From Eledone cirrhosa (Eukaryota), in contig OZ024745.1 of the NCBI GenBank assembly GCA_964016885.1, forward strand, positions 7,440,001 to 7,504,000: 64,000 nt of DNA, written 5' to 3'. Below, piece after piece: positions 52,051-64,000 of this stretch (within the stretch, counting starts at the first letter, position 1; the number at the start of each line of letters is the position of its first letter). The notes beneath the pieces were generated by a model. That model ran no database searches. It was not told the DNA's origin and worked only from the letters and a program-made list of their open reading frames with translations. A program made the translations under genes and the position numbers.

Positions 52051-52811
52051 TTGTTATCAAAATCTACATGGAAATTGCCCAAACTTATGGAACTACCAAA
52101 CTAAAGTTGCTGCTATGGATGGGGGGGGGGGGGGGGGGGGGGGTCATTAGTCCTCTACCCTGAAATTGTAAATTAGTTTGTGATAAAACAGGAGAGTTGC
52201 AATAGAAACGTGTGTAACTCTTGAGAGAGAGAGAGTGTGTGTTACTAGTATTTAGAGAGAAGATAAAGTAGAGCAAATGCAATGAAAAGATTGGAAGAAG
52301 AAAAGAAAAAAAAAGGGTTTAGAAAGATGAAGTTTAGCAGAAGAGAAGAGAACGTTAGTAGCTGTAAATGTAGGTCAGTGTTGGTAGCAATGTTGGAACC
52401 TGGAAATATTTGATCTAGAAAGCTATTGTAACATAAAAGAGACAAAAGAATGGAGCAACAATGTATTAGATACTGTTGGGTAGTAGAACATACTGAGTAT
52501 TCAACACCTGTGTAAATTTTGGGAGACTTTCAAGAAGAAAGCAATTTAATAGAACTGACATTAAAAGGGGACTAAATACATCTCTGAATTTCCAAGTGTT
52601 TTGGAGGAAATAAATTCCTTTTATCATATTACACAAACAAATGAGAAGTTAACAGAAAAGTAACCGGGGGGGGGGGGGGGGGGGGGGGGGGGATAAAGGT
52701 TTTGGAAAAAGATAAATATATTACCAGCAATCATCGGCAATAAAAAACTAACAAAGTACTCTACATGTATGTATGTGAGTGTATACATATATATAAACAC
52801 ACATATTTATA

Positions 52812-55320
52812 TCATCATCATCATCGTTTTACGTCCGTTCTTCCATGCTACCATGGGTTAGACAGGTTGTCCTGTTGTGGGCAGTGTCTGGTCGGCTGAC
52901 CATATCTTGCTCATACAGGAACTGATTTTGGCTTGATTTCTACAGCTGGATGCCCTTCCTAACACCAACCTCATTTACAGTGAGTGCTGGGTGCTTTTTC
53001 CATGGCGCCTACACGTCCACTTTACAGTGTGGGCTGGGTGCATTTTTGCCGTGGCACCTCCACGACCACCTTGCAGTGGGAGGGTGTGGGGGCATATTGT
53101 CTATATGCTTCAGCTTGTACCCATGGGAGGTCGGGTACTCTATTACTGCGCGACGCCAGAGGTCACGGTCAGCTTTTATCACCTCATCCCAAGTCTTCTT
53201 GGGTCTCCCCACTCCGCGGTTTGCATTGACTTCTAGTGCTCTGCACCTTTTTATGCAGCTGTCATCTTTCATACGCATCACATGTCCATACCAACACAAC
53301 CTCCTCTCCTGCACACAGCATGATTCCTCTTATGCTCAGTCTCTCTCAATTCATTTATGCTTTGTCGTTCGCGTATATTACTATTACACATCCATCGGAG
53401 CATGCAGGCTTCGTTTCTTTCTAATCTACGTAAGTCTTCCACCTTCAGCGCCCAGGTTTCACTACCATGTAACATTGTTGTTCGGATACACGCATCATAC
53501 AGCCTGCCTTTCATTTTGAGGGAGAAGCCTTTTGCAGCTAGCAGTGGCAGTAGTTCCATGAACTTCTTCCATCCCGTTCCTACCCTAGTTATTGTACTTT
53601 CTGAAAACCCACCTCCGCTGCTAATTCGGTCACCTAGGTAGCAGAAGCTGTCTACTGTTTCTACAGAGCCCTCCCAGAGATTGGTGGTACTTGTTTCCTG
53701 TGGCTGTTTGCTGCTTGCTGTCCCACCACAGCTGCTACATGTGAAGCCTACATTCTTAATTAAGCTTCCTGAGATCCCGCTACATCTCTTGTGTACCCAT
53801 TGTTTGCATTTGGGGCAGAGAATGGAGTTCCTACCTGCACCTTTCCTACATACTGAGCAAGGCCATTTCCCTGAGGGGATCTGGGTTCTGTTTTGTCGTC
53901 TACTTACAAGGACCTTAGTCTTTGTCATGTTGACTTTGAGACCCTTTCTTTCTAGTCCCTCCTTCCAAGTTTGAAATTTCTTCTCTAGTTCTACCATAGA
54001 TTCAGCTATAAGTGCGAGGTCATCAGCATACAGGAGTTCCCATGGGCATCCGGTCTTAAACTCCTCCGTTATTGCCTGCAGGACTATGATGAACAGGAGA
54101 GGGCTAAGAACAGAGCCCTGATGGACACCAACCTGTACGCTAAATTCCTCGCTATACTCATTGCTAATCCTAACTTTGCTGACTGCTCCCTTATACATGG
54201 CTTGTACAGCTTTCGCAAGCCATTCATCTACTCCTAGTTTTCTAAGAGCCCACCAGATTACAGCACATGGAACTCTGTCAAAGGCTTTCTCGAGATCAAC
54301 GAATGCCAGGTAGAGTGGCTTACTTTTAGCTATGTACTTTTCCTGTAACTGCCTCACAAGGAAGAGGGCATCAGTGGTGCCTCTTCCTGGTACAAACCCA
54401 AATTGCATCATCTATTTTCACCCGGTCCCAAATCAACTGTGCTATAACTCTTTGTTACTTTCATGACCTGGTCCATCAGCTTTATACCTCTATAGTTTCC
54501 TCTATCTAGTGCATCACCTTTACCTTTGTAGCATTTGACAATGATGCTACTGCACTAATCTTTTGGTATGACACCTAGTATTATCTGGTTAACAATACGT
54601 GTGGTTATAGTGTGATCTACAGACCCAGATGCCTTCACCTAGCTTCCCTCTTGGTCTCTATGTAATGTACCCTGCTCCCACCGTTCTTCCATTCTTTCCA
54701 TGCCTGTCTCATCTACCTTATTGTTCCACCACCAAGTCACTCTCCTTCTGCTTGTGGTCTTACTCCAGCCACAGACCTCATCCGTCGCCTCTAGTAAGTT
54801 ATTTTTTAGGAACTCCCAGTGCTCTTCTACATTGAATGTCTCTATCTGTTCTTCTTTATTGTCGTAGGCGTTGAGTAAAATATCTTTAAATCTGTTACTG
54901 GCTGAGGGGTCTTTCAGCTTCCAGATCTTTCTTCTCCAGGTTGGCCTCTGTTTCCAGGTTCGTCTAGTTCTGACCGTAAGGTCGCTGACAACTGTCCATC
55001 TGTCACGTTCTCTGATGAGGACAAAATCTATCCGACTAGAATGCTCCCCTGATCTATAGGCGATCAGGTGGTTGTCGGGTTTTTTGAAGTTTGTGTTACT
55101 TATCGACATGTCATTGGCATCGCAGAATTCTAGAAGTCTGAATCCTTCCTCATTTCTTGTGCCAGCCCCGTGGCCTGCATGGACTCTATTGAAGCCGTCA
55201 CAGTGTTTACCTACGTGTCCGTTAAAATCTGTGATGATTAGGAAATCATTGTCGTTTGTTAGAGCAGTAGTGTGCATTAGGGACTCGTAAAATCTATCCT
55301 TAAGTTCGTCTGTCAACCCC
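52812..55320 (-). mobile_element. 5'-truncated RTE LINE, copy 1 (internal deletions)
   Basis: ORF 53278-54411 has QFGF, AFVDLEKAFD, GVHQGSVLSP and LYADD; EN remnant DFNGHVG; (GAT)n tail. Confidence 0.95.
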
Positions 55321-56462
55321 GATATATACAACATATTACAAATTGTTTTTGATTGAGGAACTTTGTGTGAAACAACAAACATTTCAAGTTGTAATTACTT
55401 TTAAAAAGAAGTAGGTGGAAAGTTGCAAGAGGGTGAGAGCAGGAGAATCTGAGGGGAAGAACTCACATTAAACAAGTGGGCCCTTGATTAACATTGAGCT
55501 GGGCCCACCTAGATGTCCTCCTCTTGCTTTTCTCCTCCAGCAGATCTTTCCTTTTCCTTATTTTTAGTAACCAAAAGAACTTCTTTCAATAACAAATTAA
55601 GTAATAAATGAGATTTTGGTTTGAGATTTTAATGAAAAATAGGGACTTTTTAATAAGGGTTAGGGTAACAATATAACCAGGAAGGGTTTGTATTGAAAAA
55701 AGTTAAAATCCTGAAATTGTACACAGAGCTTGTGTTTCACTACCAGTAAATATTATCTGCAACAGGTTGTGTACATAAAATCACATCAAGAAGTGCATGC
55801 AGCTGCTGAATATGCTAGAAATAGCAACTCATTTCCATCAAATTATGCCATCATCACTTTTATATCTGTTTACCATGTTAACATTGACAAGTTGTTACAT
55901 TTTTGGTATGGTTTCTACAGCTGGATGCCCTTCTTAATACTAATAAGTTTACAGTATGTACTGGGTGCATTTTATCATGACACCAGCACTATCAGTTACA
56001 GCATAGACTGAGTATGTTTTATATTGTTGCACCACCTTTATACTTTACAGTGTGAATTGGGTGGTCTCCTCAAAAAGACACATTGAACATAATAGTCCAT
56101 GGTATGCCAAATGACACGATGTTCACGGCTATGATGCTTTTGAATATATCTCTGTTTGATTCAAGCTGACTTGGGGTTAAACAATAACCAGAACATGTAT
56201 GTGAGAAAGTGTTAACATTGGCACAAGACCAGCAATTTTGAAGGGATGGTTATATCGACTCCAGTACTTGCCAGATATTTGATCTAACTGATCTCAGAAC
56301 ATAAAGAGCTGGAATAATTACTGCTAATCATTGGTCCAATCCTTTAAAAGAAACTCTACCAATCCATTGCCCTTTTCCTTTCCACCATAATAATAGTAAT
56401 CCTAAGTAATTCAATCCAATCCAGGGCCTTCTTACTCCTGTTGGAGGAACCACTTTCTCTTT

Positions 56463-57445
56463 GTTCTGGTCACGTCCAGAGTGTAGCCACACTAACCCTA
56501 TTTGGCCAACTGCCGGGTGATAAGACTATTTAACCCATCGTTAGTTCTGGTCATGTCCAGAGTGTAGCCATACTAACCCTATTTGGCCAACTGCCGGGTG
56601 ATAAGACTATTTAACCCATCGTTAGTTCTGGTCACGTCCAGAGTGTAGCCATACTAACCCTATTTGGCCAACTGCCGGGTGATAAGACTATTTAACCCAT
56701 CGTTAGTTCTGGTCACGTCCAGAGTGTAGCCATACTAACCCTATTTGGCCAACTGCCGGGTGATAAGACTATTTAACCCATCGTTAGTTCTGGTCATGTC
56801 CAGAGTGTAGCCATACTAACCCTATTTGGCCAACTGCCGGGTGATAAGACTATTTAACCCATCGTTAGTTCTGGTCATGTCCAGAGTGTAGCCATACTAA
56901 CCCTATTTGGCCAACTGCCGGGTGATAAGACTATTTAACCCATTGTTAGTTCTGGTCATGTCCAGAGTGTAGCCATACTAACCCTATTTGGCCAACTGCC
57001 GGGTGATAAGACTATTTAACCCATCGTTAGTTCTGGTCATGTCCAGAGTGTAGCCATACTAACCCTATTTGGCCAACTGCCGGGTGATAAGACTATTTAA
57101 CCCATCGTTAGTTCTGGTCATGTCCAGAGTGTAGCCATACTAACCCTATTTGGCCAACTGCCGGGTGATAAGACTATTTAACCCATCGTTAGTTCTGGTC
57201 ATGTCCAGAGTGTAGCCATACTAACCCTATTTGGCCAACTGCCGGGTGATAAGACTATTTAACCCATCGTTAGTTCTGGTCATGTCCAGAGTGTAGCCAT
57301 ACTAACCCTATTTGGCCAACTGCCGGGTGATAAGACTATTTAACCCATCGTTAGTTCTGGTCACGTCCAGAGTGTAGCCATACTAACCCTATTTGGCCAA
57401 CTGCCGGGTGATAAGACTATTTAACCCATTTTTAACCCATCGTTG
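56463..57445. repeat. 81-bp tandem repeat, about 12 near-identical units
   Basis: GTTCTGGTCA(C/T)GTCCAGAGTGTAGCCATACTAACCCTATTTGGCCAACTGCCGGGTGATAAGACTATTTAACCCATCGTTA repeated. Confidence 0.98.
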
Positions 57446-58299
57446 GGATGAATGGCAATAAAAATAAAAAAATCACGTTACAAATTAGATCCTCAAACAA
57501 AATTGTTTACTTAACAAAAAAGACATGGGAACATAGACAAAACTATTTTGATTCAGTTACATGAGGTCAGAATAGCCATAAAATATTAATGGCTGAAAAC
57601 TGAATACTAAATTTCAAAGTTTCAAGTTAGTAATAACCAGTTATTACATTTGTAATAAACCAGAATATTAAACAGTCATGTAGCAAAGTGTTCAGTTTAA
57701 TTTATGATTAATATAACAACCATCAAAGAAATCAGACATAACTTAGGAAAAAATTTAAATATTAAATGCTATAGTGTAACACCATTTAGATAGAGTAGAA
57801 ATATGTTAGTCTTAAAATTCCTGTTCTTTTCATATGATGTGAATAAGGTTGACTTTGTACTGACTGACTTGTCTGACCTATAACCTTTCTGTTGGCAAAC
57901 TTTCAAAGCATGTCTACTCAACTGAACATTTCCTAAACCATTTCTTTTAGCAGTAATACAGGCTTCATAGTTTCATTAACATCAAGTGTTGTTTCTAGTA
58001 TTAATTAGATGTATATCCACATCTCATTTCATTTACTCTATTTTTGAATATGTACTTTAGCCTAAATTTTGAAAACTGCAGATTATTGCTGCAAATTATA
58101 TACAGTATCACTTAGTTTATTTCTACAAGTGCATGGTCACATTTGAGATAACATGGCTAGAGGTATGTTATATTGATTGTTCATGTGTAATGAACAGTTT
58201 AAAATCACAATAATGTTACATTTTTCTGTGATGCCGATAATACTGTTTATACAAAAGATACGACTGCCTGTGACTTATTTATTAAATCTTGCTAATAGT

Positions 58300-58780
58300 C
58301 GGCTCTCAATGAGATCATAAACCATAGCTTGGACACTGCAGGCTTCCCATCCCAGCAGGACAGGACCAAGGGGACAACAAAAGGTCAGAAAATATAACAG
58401 TCTTCTCATTTTGTAGTGGTTGGCCCTTCATCTGGGCTACCAAATGCTGCAACCTTTTCCAGAAGACAATCTGGTGTATTTGGCAACCCAGTCTTTGCTG
58501 CTCATCAGGCTGAAGAGGGCAAACTATTGAAATATTGGTCACTCTCTGATAGGTTTCTGGTCAAACATGTAGACTTTGGCATGGAGTTGGCTACCCCCAG
58601 GTTGGAATAGCTATTCCAACATCTCCCACACCATCTTCCAGGGCAATGTTTTCTCCATTCTGTCTGTCTGATGGGACAAGGCAACCTACACATGGGCTCC
58701 CGCACACCAGTGAAGACTCCCCAATCCTGCCCAGGCTCGCATCACTGAGACCAACACAACTCTCCTGTATTTTGAGGCCA
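58300..58780 (-). mobile_element. GC-rich decayed retroelement UTR-like segment
   Basis: GC island in AT-rich intron; part of it is homologous to 19840-20090; no coding similarity recognised. Confidence 0.4.
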
Positions 58781-59457
58781 TTTACAAGAGAAATAATTTC
58801 CACAGTTTCAAACTATGCAGTAACCATAATGGTAAGCAATAATCCAACTTATAACTATGGTTAACTTAGTGATACAAGTAAATTTAACATTACTAGAGAT
58901 TATGGTTTAGCTAGATAGTATACAAGATGAACAGAAATAGAATATAACATCATGGAAGTTATAATGACTTGTGAAACTATTGTGTAGATATCATAAATGT
59001 ATTTTTAATAAAGATCATTGAAATCAATTCATAAAGGATTGTCATTCTAACAGTCTCATAAATGTATATATAAACACGTTGGATGGATGTAAAACAAAGT
59101 TCTCGGCCAGTTGTAAAATACTGCATATATTGTTTATCAATCAGGAGTGGCAATTTAAAAGCATTAGTTAATCTGTTTGTTCCTGGCATCGTGGAAACAC
59201 ACATATTATATTATCACTAGTTCCTCAACTTTCACAGATACATTGGCAATAATTAGGATTATTTCAGCTGAATGTGTTTATTACATAAATGCAACTGCAA
59301 GCAAATATGCAAACATTATTCAGGAAAAGCAACATGTGACTTACATATAGATCAAAGGATGAAGCTAAAATATTATGAAGACAAAAGGAGTGAATTATCT
59401 ACCAGAGCAACTTATTTAGATGTATACACAGTATATATATATATACAAGTATACACA

Positions 59458-59494
<37 letters not shown>

Positions 59495-62494
59495 TCATCA
59501 TCATCATCACCGTTTTACGTCCGTTCTTCCACGCTAGCATGGTTAGACGGGTTGTCCTGTTGTGGGCAGTGTCTGGTCGGCTGACCATGCCTTGCTCATA
59601 CAGGAACTGATCTGGCTTGATTTCTACAGCTGGATGCCCTTCCTAACACCAACCTCATTTACAGTGAGTGCTGGGTGCTTTTTCGTGGCGCCTACACGTC
59701 CACTTTACAGTGTGGGCTGGGTGCTTTTTTGGCACCTCCACGACCACCTTGCGGTGGGGGGAGTGGGGGCATATTGTTTATATGCTTCAGCATGTACCCA
59801 TGGGAGGTCGGGTACCCTGTATTACTGCGTGACGCCAGAAGTCACGGTCGTGTGTCATTGTCTTTGAGCGGTGTAGTTAGGTAAGGTCGGCTTTTATCAC
59901 CTCATCCCAAGTCATCTTGGGTCTCCCCACTCCGCGGTTTCCATCAACTTCTAGTGCTCTGCACCTTTTTATGCAGCTGTCATCCTTCATACGCATCACA
60001 TGTCCATACCAGCGTAACCGCCTCTCCTGCACGCAGCATTTGATTCCTCTTATGCTCAGTCTCTCTCTCAATTCCTTTATGCTTTGTCGTTCACGTATAT
60101 TACTGTTACACATCCATCGGAGCATGCAGGCTTCGTTTCTCTCTAATCTACGTAAGTCTTCCACCTTCAGCGCCCAGGTCTCACTACCATGCAACATCGC
60201 TGTTCGGATACACGCATCATACAGTCTGCCTTTCATTCTGAGGGAGAAGCCTTTTGCAGCTAGCAGTGGTAGTAGTTCCCTAAACTTCTTCCATCCCGTT
60301 CTTACCCTAGTTATTGTACTTTCTGAGCACCCACCTCCGCTGCTAATTCGGTCACCTAGGTAGCAGAAGCTGTCTACTGTTTCTATAGGGCCCTCCCAGA
60401 GATTGGTGGTACTTGTTTCCTGTGGCTGTTTGCTTGCTGTTTCAGCACAGCTGCTGCATGTGAATCCTACATTCTTAATTAAGCTTCCTGAGATCCCGCT
60501 ACATCTCTTGTGTACCCATTGTTTGCATTTGGGGCAGAGAATGGAGTTCCTACCTACACCTTTCCTACATACTGAGCAAGGCCATTTCCCTGAGGGGATC
60601 TGGGTTCTGTTTTCTCGTCTACTTACAAGGACCTTAGTCTTTGTCATGTTGACTTTGAGGCCCTTTCTCTCTAGTCCCTGCTTCCAGGTTTGGAATTTAT
60701 TCTCTAGTTCTACCATAGATTCAGCTATGAGTGCGAGGTCATCAGCATACAGGAGTTCCCATGGGCATCCGGTCTTAAACTCCTCCGTTATTGCCTGCAG
60801 GACTATGATGAACAGGAGAGGGCTAAGAACAGAGCCCTGGTGGACCCCAACCTGTACGCTAAATTCCTCGCTATACTCATTGCTAATCCTAACTTTGCTG
60901 ACTGCTCCTCTATACATGGCTTGTACCGCTTTCACAAGCCATTCATCTACTCCTAGTTTTCTAAGAGCCCACCAGATTACCGCATGTGGAACTCTGTCAA
61001 AGGCTTTCTCAAGGTCGACAAATGCCAAGTAGAGTGGCTTACTTTTAGCTAGGTACTTTTCCTGTAATTGCCTCACAAGGAAGAGGGCATCAGTGGTGCC
61101 TCTCCCTAGTACAAACCCAAATTGCATCTCGTCTATATTCACCCGGTCCCTAATCAGCTGTGCTATAACTCTTTCTGTTACTTTCATGACCTGGTCCATC
61201 AACTTTATACCTCTATAGTTTCCTCTATCTAGTGCATCGCCTTTACCTTTGTAGCAGTTGACAATGATGCTACTGCACCAATCTTTTGGTATGGCCCCTT
61301 CTAGTATTACCTGGTTAACGATACGTGTGGTTATAGTGTGACCTACAGACCCAGATGCCTTCAGCATCTCGGCAGCTATACCCGATGGACCGGTTGCCTT
61401 CCCCATCTTCATATCTCTGATTGCCTTACTTACTACGCTGCCGCTGACTTGTACTGCTGGTCCCTCTATAGGGTCTACATGGGGTAGGGTCTCTTCTTCC
61501 CATGCATTCTCCTCATTTTGTAATCTATCATAATGACTCTTCCATGTATCTTTCTTCTCAGCACTTGTGAGGGCAAGCTCACCTTTATCATTCCGGATAC
61601 ACTTCTCTCCAATGACATCACAACTATCTCTGACACACTGCCTCGCAATCTTGAATACCTCCCGTTTCTGGTCCTCACGTTGTAAAACATGCTTGAATTT
61701 TCTATCCTCTGCTTCCCTCCTAGTTAAGTATACTTGTCGCCTAGCTTCCCTCTTGGTCTCTATGTAATGTACTCTGCTCCCCCCGTTCTTCCATTCTTTC
61801 CATGCCTGTCTCTTGGCCTTGACTGCTTCATCTACCTTATTGTTCCACCACCAAGTCACTCTCCTCCTGCTTGAGGTCTTACTCCAGCCACAAACCTCAT
61901 CCGTCGCCTCTAGTAAGTTATTTTTTAGGAACTCCCAGTTCTCTTCTACGTTAAATGTCTCTATCTGTTTTTCTTTACTGTTGTAAGCGTTGAGTAAAAT
62001 ATCTTTAAATCTGTTACTGGTTGAGGGGACTTTCAGCTTCCAGATCTTTCTTCTCCAGGTTGGCCTGTTTCCGGGGTCGTCTAGTTCTGACCGTGAGGTC
62101 GCTGACAACTAAGCTATGTTGGGATGTACATTCCTCACTAGGGAAGGCTTTTGTGTTTACGACCGTCCATCTGTCACGTCCTCTGATGAGGATAAAATCT
62201 AACTGACTAGAGTGCTCCCCTCTGATCTATAGGTGATCAGGTGGTTGTCGGGTTTTTTAAAAGTTTGTGTTACATATCGACATGTCATTGGCGTCGCAGA
62301 ATTCTAGAAGTCTGAATCCTTCCTCATTCCTTGTGCCAACTCCATGGCCTCCATGTACTCTATTGAAGCCGTCGCAGTGTTTACCTACGTGTCCGTTAAA
62401 ATCTGTGATGATTAGGAAGTCATTGTCGTTTGTTAGAGCAGTAGTGTGCATTAGGGACTCGTAAAATCTATCCTTAAGTTCGTCTGTCAACCCC
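59495..62494 (-). mobile_element. 5'-truncated RTE LINE, copy 2, with a 743-aa open RT reading frame (59877-62108)
   Basis: RT motifs intact (NYRGIKL, QFGF, DLEKAFD, QGSVLSP, YADD) plus a C4HC3 finger. EN region frameshifted and truncated; (GAT)n tail. Confidence 0.96.
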
Positions 62495-63209
62495 GATATA
62501 TACAACATATTACAAATTGTTTTTGATTGAGGAACTTTGTGTGAAACAACAAACATTTCAAGTTGTAATTACTTTTAAAAAGAAGTAGGTGGAAAGTTGC
62601 AAGAGGGTGAGAGCAGGAGAATCTGAGGGGAAGAACTCACATTAAACAAGTGGGCCCTTGATTAACATTGAGCTGGGCCCACCTAGATGTCCTCCTCTTG
62701 CTTTTCTCCTCCAGCAGATCTTTCCTTTTCCTTATTTTTAGTAACCAAAAGAACTTGTGAGGTAGAAACTGAGGGTCGCATGGTAAATAACTGAGAGAGA
62801 TACAATAGAATTAGAATACAGCATGGTAAATATCCAAGTTAATACTACATCAGTAAAATTAACAATAATAACGTCATGAAAACTACTAAGAAAAACCCTC
62901 GAAAATTTATCGCTAATACAGCAGGGAACATCATTAATATTAACAACAATATGTAGGCTAAAATACCTTCGGAGATTAGTAAGGATGGATGGATGGCTGG
63001 AACAATTGGAATCAACTCTAGTGATACATTTTAGCAGAGAAGAATGGGAAAGTGTCTTATCTCTTCAATATTTTCAGATTGAATAGGTTAAAGACAGGGT
63101 AGTAAACCTTAAAGAGATGCATAGAGAGAGGGGGGGGGGGGGGTAGGAACTGAGGGTCGCATGGTAAATAACTGAGAGAGATACAATAGAATTAGAATAC
63201 CGCATGGTA

Positions 63210-63444
63210 AATATCCATATATATACGCATATATATATACATATATACGCATATATCCATATATATACGCATATATATATACATATATACGCAGTATATA
63301 TATAGAAGTCTACAGTATATATATATATACAAGTATACACAGTATATATATATACATACATGTATACACAGTATATATATATATATATATACATACAAGT
63401 ATACACAGTATATATATATATATATATACATACATGTATACACA

Positions 63445-63478
<34 letters not shown>

Positions 63479-63498
63479 TGTGTATACATGTATGTATA
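63210..63498. repeat. Compound (TA)n minisatellite ending in a 74-bp perfect palindrome
   Basis: GTATACACAG(TA)n units; the last arm is inverted. Confidence 0.9.
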
Positions 63499-64000
63499 CA
63501 GGTTGTATGATGCCTGCATACGAACAGCAATGTTGCATGGCAGTGAGACCTGGGCATTGTGTGCAGAGGATATACGCAGACTAGAGAGGAACGAAGCTTG
63601 CATGCTCCGCTGGATGTGTAATAGTAATATACGTGAACGGCAAAGCATAAACGAACTAAGGGAAAAATTAGAAATAAGAGGGATCAGATGTTGTTTACTC
63701 GAGAGAAGGCTACATTGGTATGGTCACGTGATGCGCATGAAAGAAGACAGCTGTATAAAAAAGTGCAGGGCAATAAAGATAGACGGTAGCTATGGAGTAG
63801 GCAGACCTAGAAAAACCTGGGACGACCCGATAAATTCCGACCTCACACACTTACACCTCTCCAAGACAATGTCACTGGACCGAGACCTTTGGCGCTACTC
63901 AGTAATAGAGAAAACCCGCCTTACCTAAATACAAAGTAAAACCTACTACAGTCAGTAGGCACCTCTCACAAAATACACCCCCGTCCCACCACCCCCACCC
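63499..64000 (+). mobile_element. 3' fragment of an RTE LINE (related subfamily), running off the window
   Basis: [18 protein letters not shown]...[11 protein letters not shown]...GRPRKTW. Confidence 0.92.

Noticed and set aside
52666-52692. Long G homopolymers (also 2352-2372 and 52121-52143) as G-quadruplex elements
   Set aside because: Simple homopolymers whose length is unreliable in assemblies; no other support.
56463-57445. 81-bp tandem array as a possible ribozyme-bearing satellite or RNA gene array
   Set aside because: No hammerhead or HDV core and no pol III boxes found on either strand; only a small TCTGG/CCAGA hairpin.
59917-61032. Plus-strand ORFs of 148 and 209 aa
   Set aside because: Antisense shadows of the RTE reading frame.
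37434-64000. Search for the Axin RGS/tankyrase-binding exon
   Set aside because: No matching ORF; all long ORFs here are transposon- or repeat-derived, so the exon is probably beyond the window.

Overview
Eukaryotic, AT-rich, repeat-dense genomic DNA. The microsatellite, SINE and RTE landscape suggests a mollusc, most likely an octopus or other cephalopod (inference only). The whole window lies inside one minus-strand host gene, Axin (Wnt destruction-complex scaffold). Four internal coding exons are present (37433-37287, 13682-13571, 12773-12627, 12027-11354), with GT-AG sites and compatible phases. They encode the conserved acidic Ser-rich segment, the GSK3-binding helix and the beta-catenin-binding region. 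The RGS and DIX exons were not found and presumably lie outside the window. The introns carry a complete TTAA-flanked piggyBac with a dead transposase, four RTE-clade LINE copies (three with an internal PHD-type finger), more than 20 copies of a tRNA-derived SINE, decayed Penelope-like and CR1-like relics, and about 15 unrelated mini/satellite arrays. The most unusual signals are two candidate self-cleaving RNA motifs about 400 bp apart, both antisense to Axin: a variant-core type I hammerhead inside a ~275-bp CpG-rich unit set in a (GA)n tract (7233-7308), and an HDV-like double pseudoknot (7713-7782). Also notable are a local LINE duplication whose flanks are identical while the bodies differ, and a frame-closed Axin exon block flanked by inverted SINEs. 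All folds and alignments were done by eye; nothing was checked against a database.
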